This document shows, one piece after another, positions 8,301 to 16,433 of a stretch of 40,682 nt of DNA. Numbering within the stretch: the stretch's first letter is position 1; each line of letters begins with the position of its first letter. The position numbers and the translations under genes were made by a program. Below the pieces are notes generated by a model. The model searched no databases and had not been told where the DNA came from. It saw nothing but the letters and a program-made list of their open reading frames with translations. Location: positions 1 to 40,682 of the forward strand of contig JBGAPN010000001.1 of NCBI GenBank assembly GCA_044221235.1, read 5' to 3'. Origin of the DNA: Limisphaerales bacterium (GTDB lineage Bacteria > Verrucomicrobiota > Verrucomicrobiia > Limisphaerales > UBA9464).

Positions 8301-11277
8301 GGTGGACTATCCGGTCGTGGTGACATCGCCCAGCCCGGCATTGAGTCGGGCGGGTCTGGAGACCGCGGGGTCGTTGGACACGGAATCCGCGCCGGGACGG
8401 CATCTGTATCTCCGGATCAATGAACGGACCGGAACCTCCAGTCGCGGAACGGGAGGAGCCCATGGAGTGGTCCACCCTACTCCCGTGCGCCTCCCGGCGG
8501 ACACCGCGTTCCGACAATACCTGCTCCATCCCGAGACATTCATGATTGCAGTAGCGGAATTCGTCACGCCCTCGGAGGGACAGTCGTTCACGTTCCCCGA
8601 ATTTGTCTTCCAGCCGGACCTTGGACCGGACGGCGATGGTGACGGCCTGACCGATCTTGCCGAACGCATCGTGGGATCGGATCCGGGTAAGCAGGACACC
8701 GACGGAGACGGGGTAACGGATGCCGCGGAAGTGCGGGCGGGATCGTCACCCACGGAAGCCGATGCCCACGGTCCTGGCCCGGCGGCGGTCGCTGGAATGG
8801 GCGGTTATGCCTGGGATGTGGCCCTCGATGGAGATCGGGCCCTGGTTGCCGCCGGACCTGCCGGGCTGGCCCTCTTCAATGTGTTCGAGCGACTTCGCCC
8901 AATCCGCATTGGGCAGGCAGACACGCCCGGGGAGGCGGGTGCGGTGGCCAGTTCGGGGGATTGGGCGGCCGTGGCCGATGGCGCGGCAGGACTGGCGTTG
9001 GTCGACCTTCGGACCGCTCCCCCATTGGCGGTCGCGCACCAGTTACCCCTCGGGGCGCCGGTCACCTCGGTCGCCGTGGCACGCGGCACCGTCTTCGCCG
9101 GTTTGGCAACGGGGTTCATTGTTGGAGTGGATCCGGTCACCGGAACCGAGCTGATGCGTCGGGATCTGGATGGTTCCGTGGAGGACTTGGTCGTCCAGGA
9201 CCGCTGGCTTTACGCGCTGACGTGGAGGCAGGGACGCATGCGGGTAACCACATATTCCCTGGAAAACGGAAATCTGGAGTCCCGGAGTGAATTGGAGTTG
9301 AACGGCCAGAAGGGGGCTGGGGGAAGGCGACTGCGGCTGGCACGGGTCGGTGACCGGTTGTTCGCGGTCTCGACGCAGGGCTATGCCGTCCTCAACCTTT
9401 CCCGCCCCTCCGACCCGGTGCTGGACACGGAGGTGGTGACGCCCCAGGCGGGTTGGCGTCAGGTCGCGGTCACCGCCGGAGGACTCCTGGTGGCTGCGGC
9501 GGATGCGGTCAGCACTGACGAGGGATCCCACGACATTCAGTTGCACCGATTGGCGCCGGACGGAACCACGCCTCAGTTTGAACTTCAGATCCCCACCGCA
9601 GGCAGCGCCGAAGCCATTGTTCTGCAGGAGGGGTATGCCTATGTCGCCGACGGTGACGCCGGATTGGGAGTGATCCGGGTTCAGGACGCTGATCGCGCGG
9701 GGCGTCCGCCGGTGGTGGAGCTTCGGGTCCCGGGAACGGCAAACGCGGTGGAGGAAAACCGTCCGGTCACCCTGGTGGCCGTGGCGGGAGACGACGTCGG
9801 TGTGGCCCGCGTGGAATTCCGGGTCGATGGATTCCCGGTCGCAGTGGACGAGCAATTCCCGTTTGAATGGACCTTCACTCCACCTCCCCGTAGTCCGGGT
9901 CATGACACCGTGCGGGTCCAGGCGGTGGCCACCGACACTGGGGGAAATGTGGGCGCGAGTCCGGAGTTGATTCTAACGCTGACGGGGGATGTCAGCGCGC
10001 CTGCGGTGGTGCGCACCTCGCCGGGCAGCGGCCAGGAGGTGGCCGGGGCGCCATTGAGCGCCGTGGTCGCGTGGCTGAGTGAAACGGTCGTGGCGGAAAG
10101 TGTCACCGAGGCCAACCTTCGACTGACCGGGATCGGCCCCGACAATGAATTTGGAACGGCCGACGATGTGGTCGTGGGTGGAACAGTGCTCGTCGGGGAT
10201 GAAGCAGAACGGATCGGACTCGCGTTCGCGAAGCCCCTCAACACGGGACGCTACCGCGCCACAGTCGGGCCTGGACTGAGGGACGCCACGGGCAACGTGA
10301 GCACGGAAACGCGGGAATGGGAGTTCCGGGTCATCGGTCCCAAGGTGGTGGCCTCGATTCCCAAGGCATTCGGGACCTCGGCGGGTTATGCAATCCGGAT
10401 TCGGTTCAGCCGTGTGATGGACCCGACGACGACTCTCGCCGCATTGCGGGTCTTCAGCAGCGGCGATGATGGGTCGCCTGACACTCCGGATGATGTGCCA
10501 GCGAAAGGCCTGGGCATCTTCGAGGCCGGGGGAACCGAACTGGTGTTCCGGTTCGGTTCCCCGCTGGATCCGGGCCAATACTTCATTCGTGTGGACAGCG
10601 GCGCGACGGACGCCCAGGGCCGGGTGATGCATGAGCCATGGGGTACCTACTTCTATGTGGCGGCGCTGGACTACGGTGACGGAATGCGGATCGAGGGTGG
10701 CGGCAATTCCCTGGGAGAACTCAATACGGGAGTGGAATACCGGCTTCACCTTGCCGGCCCTGTCGACCTTGCGATCATCAACCCGCACTGGAGCACGGTG
10801 AGCCTTCGACGTCCCGCGGGAGAGGTGATCGTCTCCGATTCCCTGGCCATAATCCGGGTCAGGATTCCGGAGGCGGGCAACTACGTGCTGGGGATTGCAC
10901 GCACGGAAAATGGGCAGAGTTCGGAATTCCGGGTGTCGCTGGTGGAATTCACCACGGCGTCGTTCGAGCATGACGTGGCCGGGCAGGCCTCCCTGGTCCT
11001 TGCCGGACGATCCGAACTCTCGCCCGGAGACGTGGATGAACACCTCGTCACCGTCGAGGCCGGTGCCCGCTACTGGATTTCACCCAATGCCGACAATGAT
11101 ACCGTCTGCCGACTGCAATGGAGCGTCGCAGCACCGGACGGCACGCCGTTGATCATCAACTCATCGAGGTGCGGGGACTCGTTGGCATTGGATTCCCTGG
11201 CCGGCGGAGTATTCCGGGTGCGCCTGGAGGCGATCGGCTTCGTCGTGGCACCGCGTTTGAACCTGTCCCGCCGCTGA
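5383..11277 (+). CDS. Giant secreted multi-domain surface protein (TSP3-like, PKD/Ig-like, LVIVD beta-propeller, Ig-like and pre-peptidase-C-like modules)
   Basis: Uninterrupted 1964-aa ORF with a signal-like N-terminus (MKRILLQGPIKAFVVLAVWVSSQCGLAA). Asp-rich thrombospondin-type-3-like stretches are DTDGDGRDDLMELAGGTDP (~5686-5745) and DGDGDGLTDLAE..DTDGDGVTDAAE (~8626-8750). Repeated PKD/Ig-like modules carry W-S-A-P-G-G-x-P-S-x-G and Y-x-(I/L)-x-V-x-Y (~6960-8330). LVIVD-type repeats are ALVAAGPAGLALFNV, AAVADGAAGLALVDL and AYVADGDAGLGVIRV (~8790-9690). Confidence 0.8.
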   Translation: MKRILLQGPIKAFVVLAVWVSSQCGLAADPRIEEVTVDTAGRLRIGFPAEVSHYYRLLRGEGPGDIRRPVMIGLNGPFAVEAPVETGFFRLEELVRDTPMDTDGDGRDDLMELAGGTDPLVVDPSPLAATQFASSPADGESGVSVRRETVLRFTRPLAEDTVLEGSRLFAEAAGRRVLTRSELSPDRRKATLYYLEPLPGGTRVVVTLDGVDIRDVEGRLLDADGDGIEGGTGRIAFDTFNSQTVPGTEVVGRVFASELVAGPGTGTNAVDRPLKGVTITVDGREETLRAVTDADGNFRLKNAPAGRFFVHIDGRTAEASHWPGGDYYPFIGKAWEAVAGQQDNRAGVTGMIYLPLIPAGTLRPVSAVGPTYVTFLPSVVAANPDLDGVSLMVPPNALSDDTGTRGGRVGIAPVPPNRLPEALPDDLQFPLVITVQTDGPAQFTEPVPVCFPNLPDPTTGRALAPGAKSALWSFDHDKGYWEIVGPMTVSADGRRICSDPGFGISQPGWHGTLPGTSGSGGGARQPTKQCRVAVLGPGSTYTNRWATFTTTTASQGGAWSWSAPGGEPSSGMGPEFQVRFAREGTYRIAVRYTMPNGKTQCQAEQSLRVTPLPCEISLNGPVRVPESTLTRFRASGTPVGGRYRWTMEGGGYVQGVDGGEPNGPEVEVLWTSTGDYKLTVEYTAKPGTPDEQKCTADRLVSVGPSLRVLDDSNREVGLTTFVEVDEEVIWKGNLSDLSGDYRWSSSSTVEIGDPEDAVSSLIFTRPGLQSVTLTYTSHEEGEQPKSRTVTVRVRDRCEITVVDGIRQDIPKNQELHFEVTTRPESGGSVRWSAPGGSPSTGTGRTFTTRYATEGPKLIDAQFTNPNGDVCSDTAAVHIGPISCQLAVSGPSALLTVDGFVYEARRQGGPPGAYSAESFTAILVETGEVLGTGQPNPGEPFRFLFAPALLSPGPYTIRVHYNAIAHIAFEASCSVDYPVVVTSPSPALSRAGLETAGSLDTESAPGRHLYLRINERTGTSSRGTGGAHGVVHPTPVRLPADTAFRQYLLHPETFMIAVAEFVTPSEGQSFTFPEFVFQPDLGPDGDGDGLTDLAERIVGSDPGKQDTDGDGVTDAAEVRAGSSPTEADAHGPGPAAVAGMGGYAWDVALDGDRALVAAGPAGLALFNVFERLRPIRIGQADTPGEAGAVASSGDWAAVADGAAGLALVDLRTAPPLAVAHQLPLGAPVTSVAVARGTVFAGLATGFIVGVDPVTGTELMRRDLDGSVEDLVVQDRWLYALTWRQGRMRVTTYSLENGNLESRSELELNGQKGAGGRRLRLARVGDRLFAVSTQGYAVLNLSRPSDPVLDTEVVTPQAGWRQVAVTAGGLLVAAADAVSTDEGSHDIQLHRLAPDGTTPQFELQIPTAGSAEAIVLQEGYAYVADGDAGLGVIRVQDADRAGRPPVVELRVPGTANAVEENRPVTLVAVAGDDVGVARVEFRVDGFPVAVDEQFPFEWTFTPPPRSPGHDTVRVQAVATDTGGNVGASPELILTLTGDVSAPAVVRTSPGSGQEVAGAPLSAVVAWLSETVVAESVTEANLRLTGIGPDNEFGTADDVVVGGTVLVGDEAERIGLAFAKPLNTGRYRATVGPGLRDATGNVSTETREWEFRVIGPKVVASIPKAFGTSAGYAIRIRFSRVMDPTTTLAALRVFSSGDDGSPDTPDDVPAKGLGIFEAGGTELVFRFGSPLDPGQYFIRVDSGATDAQGRVMHEPWGTYFYVAALDYGDGMRIEGGGNSLGELNTGVEYRLHLAGPVDLAIINPHWSTVSLRRPAGEVIVSDSLAIIRVRIPEAGNYVLGIARTENGQSSEFRVSLVEFTTASFEHDVAGQASLVLAGRSELSPGDVDEHLVTVEAGARYWISPNADNDTVCRLQWSVAAPDGTPLIINSSRCGDSLALDSLAGGVFRVRLEAIGFVVAPRLNLSRR

Positions 11278-11506
11278 CGCCCGATCAACGAGGCCGGGAA
11301 AAGACCCGGGGTTCATGATCCGCCGACCGCGGCGCCCAGGACTGGGGCGCGATGCGCCTCCGACCCAATTCCCAATTCCTCTTTTGTGTCTTTCGTGCCG
11401 TTCGTGGTTCGATCCCCGGATTTTCACCAGGACCCGTCCCCAGTCCCGAACCGCGCCCCGGGTTGACACCGCAAGCCCCAATCCGGAGGCTCGCCGCTTC
11501 TGCGTT

Positions 11507-13321
11507 ATGGCTGAACCCAAGGAAAACGTATTGATGGAAAAGATCGTCTCGCTGTGCAAACGGCGGGGCTTCGTATTCCAGTCGTCTGAAATCTACGGCG
11601 GCATCAACGGATTCTGGGACTACGGTCCGCTGGGCGCGGAGTTGAAGCGCAACGTCAAGGATCTCTGGTGGAGCAGCATGGTCCGATATCGCGATGACGT
11701 CGTCGGGCTGGAAGCCACCATCATCATGGCCCCGCAGATCTGGCGGGCCTCCGGACACGTCGACACGTTCAGTGATCCCATGTGCGACTGTCTGGTGACC
11801 GGAAAGCGCTTCCGGGCGGACCAGATTGAGCCCCAATCCGGCACGGCGTACCACTACGAGGGCGCCGTGGACGCAGTGGAGGGACAGCCCGCGGACACCG
11901 GCAAACGCAGCGGTGACCGGTTCTCCGTGTTGCTGCCTGCCGGCAAGCCGCCCGAAAGCGCCCGCCGCCTGGCCACCCAGTTTTACCAGAAACGGGGTCT
12001 GCAGAACCCAGCGCTGCTCGGAGAACGCACCGAGAAGCTGGAGAACACCACCCGCTACAATCCCGAGAATGGCGCGCTGCTCACCGAACCGCGTCCGTTC
12101 AACCTGATGCTGCAGACGTACGTCGGCCCGATCCAGTCCGACGAGAATGTCGCCTACCTCCGACCCGAGACGGCCCAGGCCATCTTCGCCCAGTTCAAGA
12201 ACGTCCACGAAACCTCACGCCAGAAGATTCCCTTCGGCATTGCGCAGGTGGGAAAGGCGTTCCGGAACGAGGTGACGCCGCGCAACTTCACCTTCCGATC
12301 CCGCGAGTTTGAGCAGATGGAGCTCGAATTCTTCATCAAGCCGGACGAGGCCGTGGAAGCCGTCTGCGGCGGTGTCGACACCCAGGTTTCCGCCGATCAT
12401 CCGGGCGAACCCCAGCCGAACTGGGGCTGGCAGAAGTGGCATCATTATTGGGTCGAGGAACGGGTCCGGTTCTACGAGGGCATTGGCCTGTCGCGGGACA
12501 CCCTTGGCTTCCATCGCCAGACGCCCGAAGAACTCGCCCACTATGCCCGCGCCACCACGGACATCCTGTTCAAGTTCCCGTTCAGCAAACGGGACGCGAC
12601 CGGGAACGTGGCCGGGGACGAACTCGAGGGCATCGCCGCCCGAAGCGATTTCGACCTGTCCCAGCACGAGCGATTCTCGGGCAAGCCGATGGGCGTGTTC
12701 GACGAGGATCTTCGGACGGCCTGGGGCAAGCTGCCTGCAGAAAAGCAGGCCGAGCTGTCCAACCGCTATTTCGAGGCACGCAGGCGGTACCTGACCAAGT
12801 CGGGGGTCGCCACCGAAACCGCCGAGAAAGAGGCGCGGGACGACGCGGAAGGACTGGCCAAGGGACAGTACATCCCGCACGTCATCGAGCCTTCGGCCGG
12901 CGTGGATCGCCTGATCCTGGCCCTCATCGCCAACGCCTACACCGAGGTCACGGAGACGGATGCCAAGGGCAAATCGGAGACCCGGGTGATCATGAAGTTT
13001 CACCCACGGGTTGCCCCCATCAAGGTAGCGGTCCTGCCCCTGCTGAAAAACCGACCGGAACTGGTGGCCAAGGCTCGCGATCTTTTCCAGTCCCTGCGAC
13101 GGGAACTCTCCGCCTTCTACGATGATGCCGGGTCCATCGGCCGCCGGTACGCACGTCAGGACGAGGCCGGAACCCCGTACTGCGTCACCGTCGATTTCGA
13201 TACGCTCGGGGAAAAGCCGGAACTGCTGGACACAGTCACGCTGCGACACCGGGACGACGGGAGTCAGGAACGTCTGCCCATCCGCGACCTGAAAGCATGG
13301 TTGCTGGAGCGGGTTCGCTGA
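11507..13321 (+). CDS. glyQS: Glycine--tRNA ligase, homodimeric (alpha2) class II type
   Basis: ATG at 11507 (the ORF opens at 11315 but upstream residues are not GlyRS-like). MAEPKENVLMEKIVSLCKRRGFVFQSSEIYGGINGFWDYGPLGAELKRNVKDLWW is the canonical GlyQS N-terminus. Class II motifs include FRNEVTPRNFTFRSREFEQMELEFF and IPHVIEPSAGVDRLILA. The anticodon-binding domain is at the C-terminus. 604 aa. Confidence 0.93.
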   Translation: MAEPKENVLMEKIVSLCKRRGFVFQSSEIYGGINGFWDYGPLGAELKRNVKDLWWSSMVRYRDDVVGLEATIIMAPQIWRASGHVDTFSDPMCDCLVTGKRFRADQIEPQSGTAYHYEGAVDAVEGQPADTGKRSGDRFSVLLPAGKPPESARRLATQFYQKRGLQNPALLGERTEKLENTTRYNPENGALLTEPRPFNLMLQTYVGPIQSDENVAYLRPETAQAIFAQFKNVHETSRQKIPFGIAQVGKAFRNEVTPRNFTFRSREFEQMELEFFIKPDEAVEAVCGGVDTQVSADHPGEPQPNWGWQKWHHYWVEERVRFYEGIGLSRDTLGFHRQTPEELAHYARATTDILFKFPFSKRDATGNVAGDELEGIAARSDFDLSQHERFSGKPMGVFDEDLRTAWGKLPAEKQAELSNRYFEARRRYLTKSGVATETAEKEARDDAEGLAKGQYIPHVIEPSAGVDRLILALIANAYTEVTETDAKGKSETRVIMKFHPRVAPIKVAVLPLLKNRPELVAKARDLFQSLRRELSAFYDDAGSIGRRYARQDEAGTPYCVTVDFDTLGEKPELLDTVTLRHRDDGSQERLPIRDLKAWLLERVR

Positions 13322-13333
13322 GTATTCTCCTGA

Positions 13334-14383
13334 ATGAGCCAGTCCCAAACACTCACGCCTCGGGGAGTCAGCGCACCGGTCCGGATCTCGTTCGCGATCA
13401 TGGTCGGGATGCTGATTCTCATCGGCGCGCTCCACTTGGCGACGTTGGTTCTGACCACCCTGTTCGGTTACCTCGCCATCCGGGGGATGGCGCGTCTGGT
13501 CAGCGGACGAAAGTGGCTGGCCGTTTCCCTCTACACCGTCCTGATCTCCGGCCTGTTCCTGGGATTGGTCTACTTCTCGAAGCAGGCCTACGTCACCCTG
13601 CCGAAACTCGCGGACACCACGATTCCCGCCGTGGTGAACTTTACGGAAAAGCAGGGCTTTGAATTGCCGTTCACGGATTTCCCGAGTCTCCGTCGACTCG
13701 CCATGGAAGGTGTGCGGGAAAAGTTCGCCAATGTGGGACACTACCTTCGGGGTGCCATGTTCGAGATCGCCTCGTTCATCATCGGCCTCGTCCTGCCCAT
13801 CAGCCTCTTCCTCAATTCCCGATTCCAAATCGAAGGGGACCCGCACGCCGTCCGGGGAAGTCTCTACGCGCTGGTGAGCAACGAGCTCGGGCGCCGCTTC
13901 CAAACCTTTTACGAAAGCTTCGCCACGGTCATCGGCGCCCAGATCGTCATCTCCACCATCAACACCAGCGTGACTTCGGTCTTCCTGATCTGGAATCACT
14001 ACCCCTATGTCACGGTGATCATCACCCTGACGTTCCTCTGCGGACTGCTTCCCATCATTGGCAATCTCATCAGCAACACCCTGATCATCGGCGTCGGCTT
14101 CACGCTTTCTCCGCAGACCGCGTTGTGGGCCCTCCTCTTCCTGGTCACCATCCACAAGTTTGAATACTTCCTGAACTCCAAGATCATTGGCGACCGCATC
14201 AAGAATCCGATGTGGCTGACGTTGATCGGTCTGATCGTGGGCGAGCGGTTGATGGGCATTCCGGGAATGATCTTTGCCCCGGTGGTGCTGCATTACCTGA
14301 AGGTCGAGACTTCCAAGGCCCGCGTGGCCTCCGACGCCATTAGCCTGTCCGAGGCGCCCTCCGACCCGGACGAAGGCGTCTAG
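13334..14383 (+). CDS. AI-2E family (PerM/UPF0118) membrane transporter
   Basis: 349 aa with multiple hydrophobic helices. The family-typical C-terminal half is LPIIGNLISNTLIIGVGF...VTIHKFEYFLNSKIIGDRIKNPMWLTLIGLIVGERLMGIPGMIFAPVV. It starts 12 nt after the glyQS stop. Confidence 0.72.
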   Translation: MSQSQTLTPRGVSAPVRISFAIMVGMLILIGALHLATLVLTTLFGYLAIRGMARLVSGRKWLAVSLYTVLISGLFLGLVYFSKQAYVTLPKLADTTIPAVVNFTEKQGFELPFTDFPSLRRLAMEGVREKFANVGHYLRGAMFEIASFIIGLVLPISLFLNSRFQIEGDPHAVRGSLYALVSNELGRRFQTFYESFATVIGAQIVISTINTSVTSVFLIWNHYPYVTVIITLTFLCGLLPIIGNLISNTLIIGVGFTLSPQTALWALLFLVTIHKFEYFLNSKIIGDRIKNPMWLTLIGLIVGERLMGIPGMIFAPVVLHYLKVETSKARVASDAISLSEAPSDPDEGV

Positions 14384-15156
14384 CCGGAAGTGGGCTTGTG
14401 CGCCTCAAACCAGGCCTGGCTGTTCAGCGCTGCCGGAAGCCAGGTCACCGGTGAGAACGAGACACGGTCGAGGATGAATCGCTGGGCGATCCGATCCTGA
14501 AGGGTCCGCCAGTTAAATCCCTTGTGACAGTGGAACGGCATGCCTTCCAGCGTATGGTGGGTGACCCGGGGGATATGCTGACCCCGGCCCGCAAAAACGC
14601 TTCGAACCAACTCCCCCCAGGAATAGGAAAGGGTGTACTGATATTCTCCGATGCGACGCCATCCCGCCACGCGCCGGACCCCCTGCTTCAGAACAATGGT
14701 CAGCCCGGTTTCAATCGGGACGCTAACCACCAGCCGTCCGCCCGGACGCAGGACGGACCGGATCAAGTCCAGATATCCGTCCGGATCGCAGAGATGTTCA
14801 AACACCTCCGTGCACACCACGGCATCGAAGTATTCCTTCCAACGAGACTCGTGGAGATCCGACTGGTCGATGAAGGAGAGGGCGGGATAGGCGGCAAATC
14901 GTTCCCGGTTGCTGCGCACCACCCGCGGGTCGATTTCCGCCCCCACGGCTTCCGCCGGCGCGTCCGGCGTCTCGAACAGCATGAGGAAATAGGTGGCGTC
15001 GCCGCACCCGATATCCAGTACCCGGCAACCACCAAAGCCCACGGACTTGGCAATCGCTGCCTCAAACCGCCGGCGATGACTCCAGCGGATCAACCCACTC
15101 CGCGAAAATAGCTGTTTGCGGGCGAAATGTCCCTCGTTGATCGGGGCGGAGGCCAT
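14380..15156 (-). CDS. Class I SAM-dependent methyltransferase
   Basis: SAM-binding motif I is RVLDIGCGDATYF and post-I is AVGAEID. DAVVCTEVFEHLCDPDGYLDLIRSVLRPGGRLVVSVP is typical of Methyltransf_11/12-like enzymes. I chose the start at ATG 15156 (MASAPINEG); the longer ORF to 15249 would overlap the upstream gene by 56 nt. Confidence 0.75.
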   Translation of the reverse strand: MASAPINEGHFARKQLFSRSGLIRWSHRRRFEAAIAKSVGFGGCRVLDIGCGDATYFLMLFETPDAPAEAVGAEIDPRVVRSNRERFAAYPALSFIDQSDLHESRWKEYFDAVVCTEVFEHLCDPDGYLDLIRSVLRPGGRLVVSVPIETGLTIVLKQGVRRVAGWRRIGEYQYTLSYSWGELVRSVFAGRGQHIPRVTHHTLEGMPFHCHKGFNWRTLQDRIAQRFILDRVSFSPVTWLPAALNSQAWFEAHKPTSG

Positions 15157-15193
15157 GGGGCGGTTCGCGGGACCAGACACGGCCCGGGCCGAC

Positions 15194-16201
15194 TCACTTC
15201 CCGTGCTCCTGGCGGAGATGTTCCGCCAGGTAATCGCGCCCGAAATCATTCTTCAGGTCCCGCCACACGGCGTGGACGTGGTTCGCGTCGTTCTGGGTGT
15301 TGTCGTACTCAATCAGAAACGTCGGCCCATGGACGCGGTAGTAATGGCGGTCTCCCCGCTCGAATCCACCCGCCCAGGCGAAGCGAATATTGGCCAATCC
15401 CGCGTCATGGATCTCGGCGAGATCCGCCTCGGAGAGTTCGCCCCGCAACCGCCCCGCATAGGCCGAGATGAGCTTCAGCAGGACCGCCTGCTGGGCCTGG
15501 CTCAAATCGCTCCAGCCGATTCCTCGGGTTTCTCCTGCCTGCGCCACCCGTTGATTACCGGTCAGGATGTCATCCGGCGCCTTGGTATCGGTCACCGCCT
15601 GCTTGCGCTGGTCGGTGTTGAGCGACTTCACCAGTTCCCGTCCCAGATCCTCCTCGGCCGCCAACACCCGCACACCGGCGCGCTGCCCCGTCTTGACCTC
15701 GGCGGGATTGGTCCCCATGAAATTGGGAGCTCCGGAAATCAACTGCCCGTCCACCAGGGTCAGATTAACTGAAAGGTGATGTCCCTCGACCCGCCAACCC
15801 CAGGTGCCCTTGGCGTCGGGCGTGCCAAAAATGCTGACGAAGTACAGCTCCGGATCCCGGGGAAACTTGCGGCCCGGCCCTTCCATGTCCTGAAGAATCT
15901 GCTCCAGGCTCATGATCGTGAGTGCCTTTTGGACTCCCTCCTGGCTCAGCCCGGTCGTGAGAAGCGCATAGGCCAGGTGCCGCTGGGCGGAGGTCATTTC
16001 CTTGAGGGGAAGTCCCTTTCGATCCACCGGCGTGAACCACCAGTTCTCCCGCTCGTCGGACTTGAATGCGAACGTGGCCTTCTGACGCTGCTCGGGAGTC
16101 AGCGCGTCGAGGAGGGCCTTGCCTGCACGCGCCATCTCGTCTGCCGGAGCAGCCACAAGTCGAAGAGCGAAAAGAAGGGGTAGCAGCAATCGAGGCTTCA
16201 T
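15194..16201 (-). CDS. DUF3500-family secreted protein
   Basis: Start at ATG 16201 (MKPRLLLPLLFALRLVAAPA, a signal peptide). The conserved end ..HYYRVHGPTFLIEYDNTQNDANHVHAVWRDLKNDFG and WRVEGHHLSVNLT are hallmarks I associate with DUF3500. Confidence 0.7.
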   Translation of the reverse strand: MKPRLLLPLLFALRLVAAPADEMARAGKALLDALTPEQRQKATFAFKSDERENWWFTPVDRKGLPLKEMTSAQRHLAYALLTTGLSQEGVQKALTIMSLEQILQDMEGPGRKFPRDPELYFVSIFGTPDAKGTWGWRVEGHHLSVNLTLVDGQLISGAPNFMGTNPAEVKTGQRAGVRVLAAEEDLGRELVKSLNTDQRKQAVTDTKAPDDILTGNQRVAQAGETRGIGWSDLSQAQQAVLLKLISAYAGRLRGELSEADLAEIHDAGLANIRFAWAGGFERGDRHYYRVHGPTFLIEYDNTQNDANHVHAVWRDLKNDFGRDYLAEHLRQEHGK

Positions 16202-16433
16202 GGCGCCAGTTTCCTCCGATGGACACCGGTCCCAAGGAAAAAATGAATGCCAGGAGCGCAATTGACCCATCATGCCTGAGTCCCATTCGCCGGCCGCCGC
16301 AGGAATGCTTATGGCGCTGGCCGGTTGGACGCTCCGGCGTCGACAATCCCTTGGGCCTGGCCGAGCCTGAGCCGGGTTCAGGCCCGGTCCGCTCCAAGAG
16401 TACGACCACCGGGCCTTCAGGGACCCGCGATCC

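Noticed and set aside
11404-11428. tRNA-like T-arm and 3' end: GGTTCGATCCCCGGATTTTCACCA, upstream of glyQS
   Set aside because: No complete cloverleaf can be built. Only 3 of 5 T-stem pairs form, no complementary 5' acceptor strand is present upstream, and no D or anticodon arms are found. It could at most be a relic of a tRNA-borne att site, but there is no integrase or other island hallmark in the window. A second GGGTTCGAATAGG at ~33473 also lacks a T-stem.
9043-14293. Long minus-strand ORFs 9043..9903, 9973..11043, 11285..12208 and 12215..14293 (up to 692 aa)
   Set aside because: They lie antisense to the giant surface-protein gene, glyQS and the AI-2E transporter, all of which carry strong family motifs. 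Their composition is dominated by R, G, P, D, H and Q, and I recognise no domains.
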